Origin: Adineta vaga
Lineage: Eukaryota > Animalia > Rotifera
DNA: 64,000 bases
NCBI GenBank assembly: GCA_021613535.1
Contig: CP075493.1
Location: 3,968,001 to 4,032,000, forward strand
Reading direction: 5' to 3'
The notes beneath the pieces were generated by a model that had not been told where the DNA came from, did not search any database, and worked only from the letters and a program-made list of their open reading frames with translations. Positions 52,644 through 62,543 of this stretch are shown here, piece by piece. The position numbers and the translations under genes were made by a program. How positions within the stretch are numbered: position 1 is the stretch's first letter; each line of letters starts with the position of its first letter.

Positions 52644-52655
52644 TGGAAATTTCCA
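52644..52655. promoter_or_regulatory. kappaB/NFAT-like palindrome TGGAAATTTCCA
   Basis: Lies ~175 bp upstream of the ETS ATG. Shares 15 bp (TGGAAATTTCCAAGT) with the site at 28649. Confidence 0.3.
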
Positions 52656-53922
52656 AGTGATCTTTAAAGGGAAAATGACTAATGCGTTTGTCGGTATAGA
52701 ATAGAAAGAGAAGAAAAAAGTGTCATTATAGCCTTCCACAAGTAGGTTTTTTGTGTATTCAGTAGTTTCAACTTTAGTGGTAAACTAGGTTGGAGAATGC
52801 CGACTTTGTTTATTGATCGCGAAGAAAAAAAAATTACTCATGGATTATATCAAATGCGTGTTTCGATGTATTATTTAGATTGTAGTAAAATCATGTCTAT
52901 AGTTAATGATGAAATCCCGAATCATTCCGAGAAAGACGGATAGCGTCATGAGAAGAGTAGATAAGCGGATTAAACTAGTAAGTATGTTAATTATCCTATA
53001 TGCTTTTCATTGATTTTGTATTGTAGACAGTCGATTTAAAATGATGTTATGTGTGAAATTATTTCGTCTCAAACCATCTTATGCTAACAATTTTGGTTTT
53101 CTCTTACAGTATTATCTATACAGCATGTCATAAAACAAAACTCTTTGAAAGTCGAAAATTATTCATCTTTTAAACTCATGTCAATCATATGACTGATTGT
53201 ATGGAATTACTATTGTTGTTGGATCTAATGGTTTTATATTAAAGATTAGTCGTTGTTCTTGTTCAGCCTTATTTATTAATACATCAACTGTTTTCATTAT
53301 ACGCAAATGAAAACTAAAATATAACATAGAAAAGAAAAAAGAAAAAGCTGCATATGCAACAATGTTATTAAATAGAAATCATATAGTTAAATTTGAGATT
53401 CTTTTCCCTATAATTAAAAAGGATCATTTTTGAAGTGGCTTCTGTATGCATGAATAATTCATTCAACCGGATAAAATTCTTTTCAAGTATTAACAATATT
53501 TGTTATACACTTTGTTGTCTATCCTCATGACTTATTGACTTCAATTTTATCAGGTAATTTCACAATTTAAGTATAAAACAATCGTGCTACAAGGGAAAAT
53601 TACCATTTCCAACTATATTGGAGTAAACCACATAACTTCACGAATTATACACCTTAGAAAATAATGACATTACGTCATTGAATGTATTTTATTTGATAGA
53701 CATATCAAAAGAAAAAAAACGAAAACAAAATCTAACCAACGAAAAACCATAATATTTACTGTCGTAGGTAATTATCTAGACGAATCAAAATTTTTTATAC
53801 TTAAATAAAAAGAGGAAGTGATACTGCATTCGATTTTTTTTCTCGTGTTTAATATAGTTTATATATCAGTTGAATATACACCTGTACAGTTTGGTTTTTC
53901 TCTTCTAGCTTAACTGATCTCA

Positions 53923-55418
53923 ATGGCTACCTTCTATGCACAAACATCGGACAATGACAAAAAAGATCCGATGCATCGTTTCGATGAAATATCTAGAGAA
54001 CCAGGTGGTATGTTAGCACCTGTCGCAGGTTATAACAGTAAATCTTTAGTATCGCTTGAAAAAGCAACCGAATTCTTAGCAGAAAGTGTTCCTAATCGAA
54101 TTGGATATATTAATTCTGCTAAAGGACGAGCAATAGAAGCTTCAACTACTCTTCCATGTGATGAAGTAGCTGCAATTACATTATATACAATGGAATGGGA
54201 ACCGTATGAAAAATCAGTTTATTATAAGCTTAATACTGCATTACGTACGGAAAATCGTCAACTATTAAAACCATGGTTTTGTATTTGAAATTACTACTTA
54301 CTGCATTAGCTCGCCTCCCCGAACAACGAAACATTACTGTTTATCGTGCAGTTCGATGTAAACATGAAAATGAATTTGAAAAATATCAAATAGGCACTGA
54401 ATTTATCTGGTGGGGTTTTTCTTCATGTTCGACCGATCGAAACATTTGCGAACGAGAGACATTTATTGGTACGACTGGTTTTCGAGTATTATTTATTATA
54501 ACTTGTATTCATGGAGTCGATATTAGAGAACATTCTTATTTTCGTACTGAAAATGAAGTTTTACTTTTACCAGCAACGAAAGTGAGAGTTACAGGAGTTC
54601 AACCATTCAATGATCAAGGTCTTCAAATTATTTTTCTTCAACAATTACCGACACCTGAAGGTCTTTTAGAACCTGTTTCGCTTACAAATATATCAAATAA
54701 TGAGACAACATTAGAGAGAAAATCATCAACATTTAATAATTCTGAATCAAATTATAATCCAAAATGGAACGAAGAATTTGCTCGTTATAAAATAGGTACA
54801 GATGTTAATCTCTCACGAAGACGTTATCGAAATGATGACTTCAATACAGTTATTACGGAGTTCATTATTAACAAGAAAAGTTTAGGAATAGTCTTACGAG
54901 AAAGTAAATTAACAGCCGATGGTGCACGAAGTCTTTCGAAAATATTAATGCACGATGATAATACTTTAGAAAGATTGTATTTAACTGAGAACAAAATTGG
55001 TGATACTGGTGTGGAATATATTGCTGATGCACTTTCACATAATAAAAATAATACATTGAAATGTCTTTGTTTAGCATCGAATGATATTACAGACAAGGGT
55101 GCGATATATCTTGCGAAGATGCTCGAAACAAATACAACGTTGACCGATTTGTTGTTGGGAAGAAATGCAATTCGTGATGAAGGTTTTCAAAGATTACTTG
55201 ATGTTCTAATATCAAAGAATAAAACTTTACAAGTACTTTCAATAGAACGGAATAAATGTCGCAGTGATGAAAATGCTATAAGTATTTTTAATCTCCTAGA
55301 AAACAACAAATCATTGAGAAAACTTAATATAATTGACTGTAAATTATCAAGAACAAATACAAGAGAAATTAGAAGACTTGCTGCTGAGAAACCTAATTTT
55401 GAATTGGTTTTAAATTAA
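53923..55418 (+). CDS. ADP-ribosyltransferase (R-S-E) fused to RNI-like LRRs; 1-nt frameshift at 54277-54280
   Basis: AAITLYTMEW..LNTALR..LKPWF|LYLKLLLTAL..VYRAV..WWGFSSCS..ENEVLLLP, followed by LxxLxLxxNxIxDxG repeats. Adding one T fuses the two ORFs. Confidence 0.85.
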
Positions 55419-55733
55419 TTTTTTTAATACGTTTTCGCTGAATTAATATTACAGATAATGTTTGTAAATAACAAATCTATTCAAAAGTTTTCTGGAAAAG
55501 AAAATAAATACAACTTTCAATGGTTTTTTTTGAGTTATTTATTATCGAATAAATTTCTTTTTAGAACAGTTTTCTATGAATTAACTATATATCATTAAAT
55601 AGTATTGAGTAAAACTGGATTTTAAGAGAAAAATCTTAATGTCAGTGATGAATCCTTCTTTTTTTCGTCTTTATATTGAAAAACCAACAGAAGTGTATTT
55701 TCTCTTCGTATCGACGAAAAACACATAACGACT

Positions 55734-56247
55734 ATGACGTCGTACAAAACACCACGCGCCACGTGTGACAATAAAGGTGTAGGTATTGATATGTTTATTT
55801 GAGATGAATTGTTTTAGTATCGGCACAATTGCATGAACTTGCTGAACGATTGCAGATAGCTCGTATAGATGATGATTATGTTGAAACTGATCTAAGTACA
55901 TGGAAAACAATGTTACAAGAACTCTAAAATGATCTGATGACATTTACTCCATCATTATTTCGTCATGGTGTTCATATAGACGAAAATGGTCTCGTAGCAA
56001 GACACTGTGGTTCAAAGAATGGCGCAGCTTTAGTTCGTTGTATGAGTGTATACATTTGGTGTCCATAAAATTCGATTTATAGAACTTTGTTTAAGATTGT
56101 CTGGAAGTTAACGTCACTCGAATTTAAAATGCATAACGGCCATGATGGTATCAATCGTCCAGATGACGACCTACAAAATGTCCATTTCTCTGGGATACTC
56201 ACTTCTACATGTATACGAATGGAGATTGTATTCGTTTGTTATCTTGA
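55734..56247 (+). pseudogene. Internally deleted pseudogene copy of the B-box/SPRY gene at 58003-59092
   Basis: Starts MTSYKTPRATCDNKGVGI. 55785-55956 is ~97% identical to 58341-58512, with a CAA>TAA stop. Diverged remnants follow (CGSKNG.ALVRC, HKIRF, KCPF.W..HFY, GDCIRLL*). Confidence 0.88.
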
Positions 56248-56636
56248 TGTACGAAGATGATATGAATATTATATGTGGAAATATTCTACAATATCTTTAA
56301 ATAATTTTTATATGATTTGATCGAAGTTTCATGCTTGAACTACTTGCATTGTCGTATCATTTGCACATATACACCCACTTTCAAATGTTTTTCATATAAT
56401 TAATCATATTTAACCAATATATATATCGATTCAGTATGATTTTCAATTTTTGCGTGCAATCAAACGAATATAGAATGGAATTCATGAATTGCTCTAATCA
56501 CGTACTAATGAATCTATATCATATTGATATGTGGGTAAAAAATATAAATTAGTCATAGAAAGGTCTATACGTTTCTTCATCAATAGAGAAAGATTCATCA
56601 ATAAAATGATTCATTACTTTACATATTCTTCCTTTT

Positions 56637-56644
56637 TGACGTCA
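56637..56644. promoter_or_regulatory. CRE (TGACGTCA)
   Basis: Perfect CRE ~70 bp upstream of the ATG at 56710. TTACGTCA sits at an equivalent place (62457) before the paralogue. Confidence 0.35.
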
Positions 56645-56709
56645 CCGACAGGTTTTTATTCGACGTCGATTATGTATATTTCTTTCATTGAGGAAAAAAA
56701 GAACTAAAA

Positions 56710-57825
56710 ATGTCATCCAGAGCTCCTTGTATTTCATGTGAAAATATAGATAGCAATGGAATATTCAAATGTGAAGGATGTTCACAAACATTTTGTTTGA
56801 AACATACGAATGAACATCGATTTTGTCTTGATTACCAATTAGAAAGAATGATCGATGAACATGAGACAATTTTTCATCTATTCAATAACACAAAACAACA
56901 ATCATCATTATTATTCGATCAGATTAATCAATGGGAAATCGATTCTATTACAAAAATCAAACAGATCTCTAATGATACACGAGAAAAAATTCAACAATTA
57001 GCTCAAATACAAAAACGTAAGATTCTCATTATTTATCTACTAAATGTCAATGAAATCTATATATATATATCTATATATTCTTATTTAGAACATACCAAAG
57101 ATAAGTTTAATAAAATCAGTAAAGAATTAGAAAATGCTCGTACAACTCATGAATATCTTGAAAAAGATCTTTATAAATGGAAAATTCAATTAGAACAATT
57201 ACATTATGATATAACCAGTCTTTCACCAACAATTATTCTTCATGAAAAATTAAATTCAACAATTATTAAAAATATATCTGTATCAAAAGTAAATGAACAA
57301 CTTCTTCTAAAAGATTCTCTTGTTAGTGATTCCAATCATATTCAATTTGATGATCAACATCATATTGCAATGCATTGTGGTCCTAAACGAACACCATGTT
57401 ATGTTACTGGTACTCAAGAATATTTATCTGGTCAATATCAAATACGATTATTTATTAGTAAAAAAACTAGTGATTTTAGTCTTTCATTTAATATCATATC
57501 GAAATCTATGGAGAAATTAATAAGTTCATCTCATTCATCGGAATTCTTAACATACGGTTGGCAAAGTGATGATTGTGTTAATCCATCGCATTGTTATTCA
57601 TCAATGTATAAATATTATCCTGATTTTAAAGGTCAAACAAAATTTCATTTGGAATTATTTCTTGATTGTGATAATCATAAAATAAGATATTTCAATGAAA
57701 AAACCAAACGAGAAAGAGAAATTGATGTCGATTTGGACAAATGTCCTTTACCATGGAAACTTCATTTCTATTTATATGATATTGGTGATTCTATTCGACT
57801 TCTTTCGTCTATACAAATATCATAA
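56710..57825 (+). CDS. RING-less TRIM-like protein: B-box + coiled coil + SPRY/B30.2-like domain, 2 exons
   Basis: CISC..GIFKCEGCSQTFCLKHTNEHR; coiled coil; C-terminal YGW..LELFLDCD..KCPLPWKLHFYL. In-frame 72-nt intron at 57017-57088. Confidence 0.8.
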   Translation: MSSRAPCISCENIDSNGIFKCEGCSQTFCLKHTNEHRFCLDYQLERMIDEHETIFHLFNNTKQQSSLLFDQINQWEIDSITKIKQISNDTREKIQQLAQIQKRKILIIYLLNVNEIYIYISIYSYLEHTKDKFNKISKELENARTTHEYLEKDLYKWKIQLEQLHYDITSLSPTIILHEKLNSTIIKNISVSKVNEQLLLKDSLVSDSNHIQFDDQHHIAMHCGPKRTPCYVTGTQEYLSGQYQIRLFISKKTSDFSLSFNIISKSMEKLISSSHSSEFLTYGWQSDDCVNPSHCYSSMYKYYPDFKGQTKFHLELFLDCDNHKIRYFNEKTKREREIDVDLDKCPLPWKLHFYLYDIGDSIRLLSSIQIS

Positions 57826-57886
57826 AATTTGATTTGTATAAAACTTAGTTTTTAACGAAATAAATATTACATCATTTACTAGACAC

Positions 57887-57906
57887 ACTCTCTCTCTCTC
57901 TCTCTC
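57887..57906. repeat. (CT)n microsatellite
   Basis: About 10 CT units. Confidence 0.8.
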
Positions 57907-58002
57907 TTCTTTTTTTTCTCCTTCAACTATTTCCTTTGCTAATGGAAAGAAAAACATTTATATTTTTTTCTTTTCACTCACAAACTAGACGAACCTGTGT
58001 TA

Positions 58003-59092
58003 ATGTCGTATAAAGCACCTTGTGCCACATGCGGCAATAAAGGTGTAGGTATTTTTCGATGCGAAGGTTGTTTGCAAGTATTCTGTCGAAAGCATCTCAA
58101 TGAACATCGAGATGTTCTCAGTCATCAACTAGATGAAATCGTTCTTGAACATGATACATTACAACAAACCATTGTTGATAATACCAATGCACAAGATAAA
58201 CAACATCCTGTTCTCAAACAAATTGATCTATGGGAAAAGGATTCTATTCAGAAGATTCAACGATTTGCTGAAGAAGTAAGAAAACAAGTAAATCAATTAA
58301 CAGATACACAAAAGAGTAAACAATAATCGAATAACGATAGATTGATATGTTTATTTGAGATGAATTGTTTTAGTATCGGCACAATTGCATGAACTTGCTG
58401 AACGATTGCAGATAGCTCGTATAGATGATGATTATGTTGAAACTGATCTGAGTACATGGAAAACAATGTTACAAGAACTCCAAAATGATCTGACAACATT
58501 TACTCCACCATTGTCTCTTCATGAAAGTCATTCTCAAGTACTTATTCCAAAGATATTTCTTTCAATCCCAAAAGATACTATGAAATCAACTGAAAAATTT
58601 GGAAAATCATATGGTAGTGTTCGAATTGAAGGCAATGGTTATATTGCAATCCATTGCGGTTCAAAGAATGGTACAGCTTTAGTTCGTTGTCAAGGTGAAT
58701 ATTCATCAGGTATACATAAAATTCGATTTCTATTCAAAAAAAGTGATATCGATTATATTACTTCATTTGGTATTGTTTCAAAACTAATGTCATTAGATTT
58801 AAAAACATCCGATTCATCTTATAAATGTTATGGATGGAATAGTAACGATTCAACTTGTGCGCCTGGTGCTGATCAATTGCAATGTAAAAATTTACAAGAT
58901 ATGATTGGTCAAACCGTTTTTGAAATTGAACTTCAATTGGATTGTAATAATCGAACAATTACGTATATTAATCAAAGAACTCAAAATCGAAGAGAATTAT
59001 ACATTGATATAACAAAATGTCCATTTCCTTGGCAAGTTCATTTCTATCTATATGAAATTGGCGATTGTGTTCGTTTATTACCTTTAATATGA
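58003..59092 (+). CDS. RING-less TRIM-like B-box + coiled coil + SPRY-like protein, 2 exons
   Basis: CATC..GIFRCEGCLQVFCRKHLNEHR; phase-1 intron at ~58316-58373; C-terminal KCPFPWQVHFYL. Confidence 0.82.
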
Positions 59093-59184
59093 TATAGTAG
59101 AAACATCGTTTCTTTTTTGTTATTTTAAAGTTGTTTTATCGAATAAAAACATGTGTTCAATGGATTATTTGAAAGATAGATTTC

Positions 59185-59256
59185 AGCAGCGTGGCGCAGT
59201 GGAAGCGTGCTGGGCTCATAACTCAGAGGTCGGTAGATCGAAACTACTCGCTGCTA
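59185..59256 (+). tRNA. Initiator tRNA-Met (CAT), variant anticodon stem
   Basis: 72-nt cloverleaf AGCAGCG...CGCTGCTA with A1:U72, T-loop ATCGAAA and anticodon CAT. A T-run (Pol III terminator) follows within ~10 nt. Confidence 0.95.
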
Positions 59257-59647
59257 CTATTTATTTTTTTTAAATTCAATTTTTATTTCAGAAGAAGAAA
59301 AAACGAATCTTTCTCCTTATCAAGGTTAATTACATATTGATAGTTATCTTTTTACGTAACATTTCTATCGAAAAATACAAATATCCTTGATATATTTATC
59401 ATAATAAACCTTCTGATTTGAATAACGATACGATACCTTTCAAACTACTTTCATCACTCTTATATAACCGTCGAAGAGGAGGAGAAGAAGCAGAAGAAGA
59501 AAACCATCTATTTTCTGTTTATGACTTTAATCAAACATAGGTAAATAGAATGATATTGAGTGAACAACTATAAGCAATTTATTTTGAAGGTAAAGGAATT
59601 TGAAAGAGAAGAAAAAACCTATCTAGAAACAAATCTTTAGATTTATT

Positions 59648-60409
59648 ATGCCTAAAATAACCGATTTATCATTTCAACAATCACAAACAATCGCTCGTCG
59701 ACAAATTTCGACGACTCCAATTCCGGAGAATTATGTTTCAAAAGTTTATTATAATTCTAAACTTGAAGATGCAATTGAATTCATCGAAGCTAAATCACGT
59801 GTTGATTTTTCCTATTGGAATTTAATCGATGATGATATATCGATTATCGTCACACGTATTATTAACAATAAACAATGTCCAGAACTTGATTTATGTGGAA
59901 ATAAATTTACATCAAATGGTATATCAATACTAGCATTTCGTCTACCAAACAATACGACCTTAAAAACTCTTGATTTATCATATAATTTCTTACATGATTC
60001 TGGTATTCATTTGTTGAGTGAAGTACTCCTACCAGATCATTGTTTACATCTTCGAAAACTTGTTTTAAATAAAAATGGTATTACTAATGAAGGTATCGAA
60101 TATCTCGCTGAAATGTTGAAAACGAATCAATTATTAACAGAATTATGGTTATCGAATAATGAAATTGGTAATGAAGGTGTCAAACAATTGGCGGATGTAT
60201 TGATAAATTTTAATCGAACTTTAAAATTATTGGTACTTTCATTTAATGTTTTTATTACTGATGATAGTGTACACTATCTTATGGAGGTATTAGAACGTAA
60301 TCAAATCTTGACTAAACTTGGAATTAATGATTGTAATTTATCTGAAATAGGAAAAATTCAACTTCAAAAAATAGTTTATACAAAAACAAAATTTAAAATG
60401 AAAATTTAA
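59648..60409 (+). CDS. RNI-like LRR-only protein, paralogue of the LRR half of the ART-LRR gene
   Basis: LKTLDLSYN, LRKLVLNKNGITNEG, LTELWLSNNEIGNEG. The cap YNSKL..VDFS..DDDISIIVTRIINNK aligns with YNPKW..VNLS..NDDFNTVITEFIINK. Confidence 0.85.
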   Translation: MPKITDLSFQQSQTIARRQISTTPIPENYVSKVYYNSKLEDAIEFIEAKSRVDFSYWNLIDDDISIIVTRIINNKQCPELDLCGNKFTSNGISILAFRLPNNTTLKTLDLSYNFLHDSGIHLLSEVLLPDHCLHLRKLVLNKNGITNEGIEYLAEMLKTNQLLTELWLSNNEIGNEGVKQLADVLINFNRTLKLLVLSFNVFITDDSVHYLMEVLERNQILTKLGINDCNLSEIGKIQLQKIVYTKTKFKMKI

Positions 60410-60675
60410 TTTCTAAATATTGTATAAATTATCACAGAATAAAAATTTGATTATATACTTTTCTTTCGATATTTATTACTGTTTAAAACGAGACAATAGT
60501 CATGATAAAAGTATATGCAAAGAAAAGAAATGAAGCATAATTAATAGTTATACTTTCAGAATTACTTGGAACATGTTTAAGTATCGAATAGAAGAATAAA
60601 TCTAATCTTGAGATAGAGTTTCTCATCTAAAACAAAAGAGGGTGTTTGAACAAAATTTAAAATTAAGAATTATCA

Positions 60676-62121
60676 TCAGGCAAAATGTTTGTTTAAATAT
60701 TCTTGAATATGACGTGCACTAACAAGACCAGATTCCAATGCTCCATCGATAAATCCTCGCCAACCGTTTGCTATATCACCACTAGCAAAAAAGACGGGTG
60801 GTTCGGGTGTTTGAAGTGATAATAAATTTGAAGACATTTGTCCAGGTTTATACCAAGACCATGTACTCATAATATATGGATCATTTCGCCAATCATGACC
60901 AAGAACAAATTTAACTTTGATATCTGGACGAAATTTCTTCAATTCTTTTTCAACAACAGATATATTTTTAATATCAAGTATTTCATCTGGTCCAAAACCA
61001 ACAATTATGGAACCATCTTGATCATCGGTATAGGCCATTGTTATTGAATTGGGGTAAGGTGCCGTACCAAACCAATGTCCAATAGGTTCTTCTAATTTAA
61101 CCCAAAATTTCATTCCACCACGACATTGACCTCTCATTGCTATTTCTTGTCTTTTCATATTAAGAGTTGGTAAAAATTCAATATTTTTTAATACATTTAA
61201 TGGAACAGTAACCAGTACTGTTCGACCAAGAATTAATTCTCCTGATTGAGTTCGAATTATAACAGAATTTGGTTTTGTATGATCAATTGAAAGAACAGAT
61301 GTTGATAGTAATAATTTAACATTGTGACAATCATTTAATATTGCTTCAGCCAATGTACTTGTTCCTTCTTTGATTTTATATCGACCAAGTTTATCAAACA
61401 TACGAATCATATCATAATCTCCAAGTGCCCACCAACGAAGATGATCAATAAATCCACCTTGATCAATATTACCTTGCATATTCATTGAAAGTAATGCTAA
61501 TAACATGCCTTGAATTTCATCAGTCATAGGAAGAGAATTTTGAATTTGATCATATCGATCTTTCATTGATAATTGATCATATTTTTCGACATTTTCTTTT
61601 GCAACAAGTGGTGTATGAGGTAATGGTATAATTGTTCGTGCTTGAACATCATCAACATCACTATATTTTTCCATAAATTTACCTAATGTTACCCAATTAT
61701 CAGCCATGGTCACATTTTTTAATTTGGTTCCGTTCTCAAGTAGGATACTCATGTATTCAGCTGCAACACCTTTTGATTCAATGATTGAAAGACCATAACG
61801 TGTTATTTCACTCCATACATGTGGATGACTCCAATGAATCCATGTACCACCAATTTCAAATTTACAATCGTCATATTTGGCTGTAAATGTTCGACCACCA
61901 ATACGATCTTTTGCTTCAATAAGTAATACTTTTCGTTGACGTAAACTAAGTTCACGTGCTGCAACAAGACCAGCAAAACCAGCACCAACAATAATCACAT
62001 CATATTCTTCAGTGTTAATGAATTTTTGTGATTGAATAGACGTTAACGTTGGCAAACCACTTTTTACTAAACCATTCGAATGACAAAGAAAACCATCGTT
62101 AGTTTCCTTCGGATGTGTCAT
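60676..62121 (-). CDS. Flavin-dependent monoamine oxidase, MAO-N-like (fungal/bacterial type), intronless
   Basis: DVIIVGAGFAG, EAKDRIGGRT, GGTWIHWSHPHVWSEITRYG, HDWRNDPY..TWSW, GDIANGWRGFIDGALESG. Confidence 0.92.
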   Translation of the reverse strand: MTHPKETNDGFLCHSNGLVKSGLPTLTSIQSQKFINTEEYDVIIVGAGFAGLVAARELSLRQRKVLLIEAKDRIGGRTFTAKYDDCKFEIGGTWIHWSHPHVWSEITRYGLSIIESKGVAAEYMSILLENGTKLKNVTMADNWVTLGKFMEKYSDVDDVQARTIIPLPHTPLVAKENVEKYDQLSMKDRYDQIQNSLPMTDEIQGMLLALLSMNMQGNIDQGGFIDHLRWWALGDYDMIRMFDKLGRYKIKEGTSTLAEAILNDCHNVKLLLSTSVLSIDHTKPNSVIIRTQSGELILGRTVLVTVPLNVLKNIEFLPTLNMKRQEIAMRGQCRGGMKFWVKLEEPIGHWFGTAPYPNSITMAYTDDQDGSIIVGFGPDEILDIKNISVVEKELKKFRPDIKVKFVLGHDWRNDPYIMSTWSWYKPGQMSSNLLSLQTPEPPVFFASGDIANGWRGFIDGALESGLVSARHIQEYLNKHFA

Positions 62122-62543
62122 TATATCTTTCTTATCACCGATGATGAAAATGTCGTTGTTTTTTTCTTCGCTTCTTAACTATTTATTTGTCTACAGAATA
62201 AACCAGTCGCACGTGTTTCATACACGATACTGATGTGTCAGTAGTTTTCGATTGTTGTTTTTATTCTGATTCGATTTACGACAGAGAGAGACACAACACG
62301 ATCTTTATCAAACTATATTTCATAAGTGAAACCAAATTCCATTGTGTTTAATGTATAATTTGCTTCTTAATTTCTGTCAACTATTGACAATCGAAAATTA
62401 AAAAATGTAGATTTTACTTCACAACGATTGTTCATTCGTTGTTCCTTTCCGTTCTCTTACGTCAACAATAAAACGAATTAGAAAAGTACGATTTCACTCT
62501 ATTAGAACTTCTTCTTCTTCTTCTTTACATTTACAACGAACTT

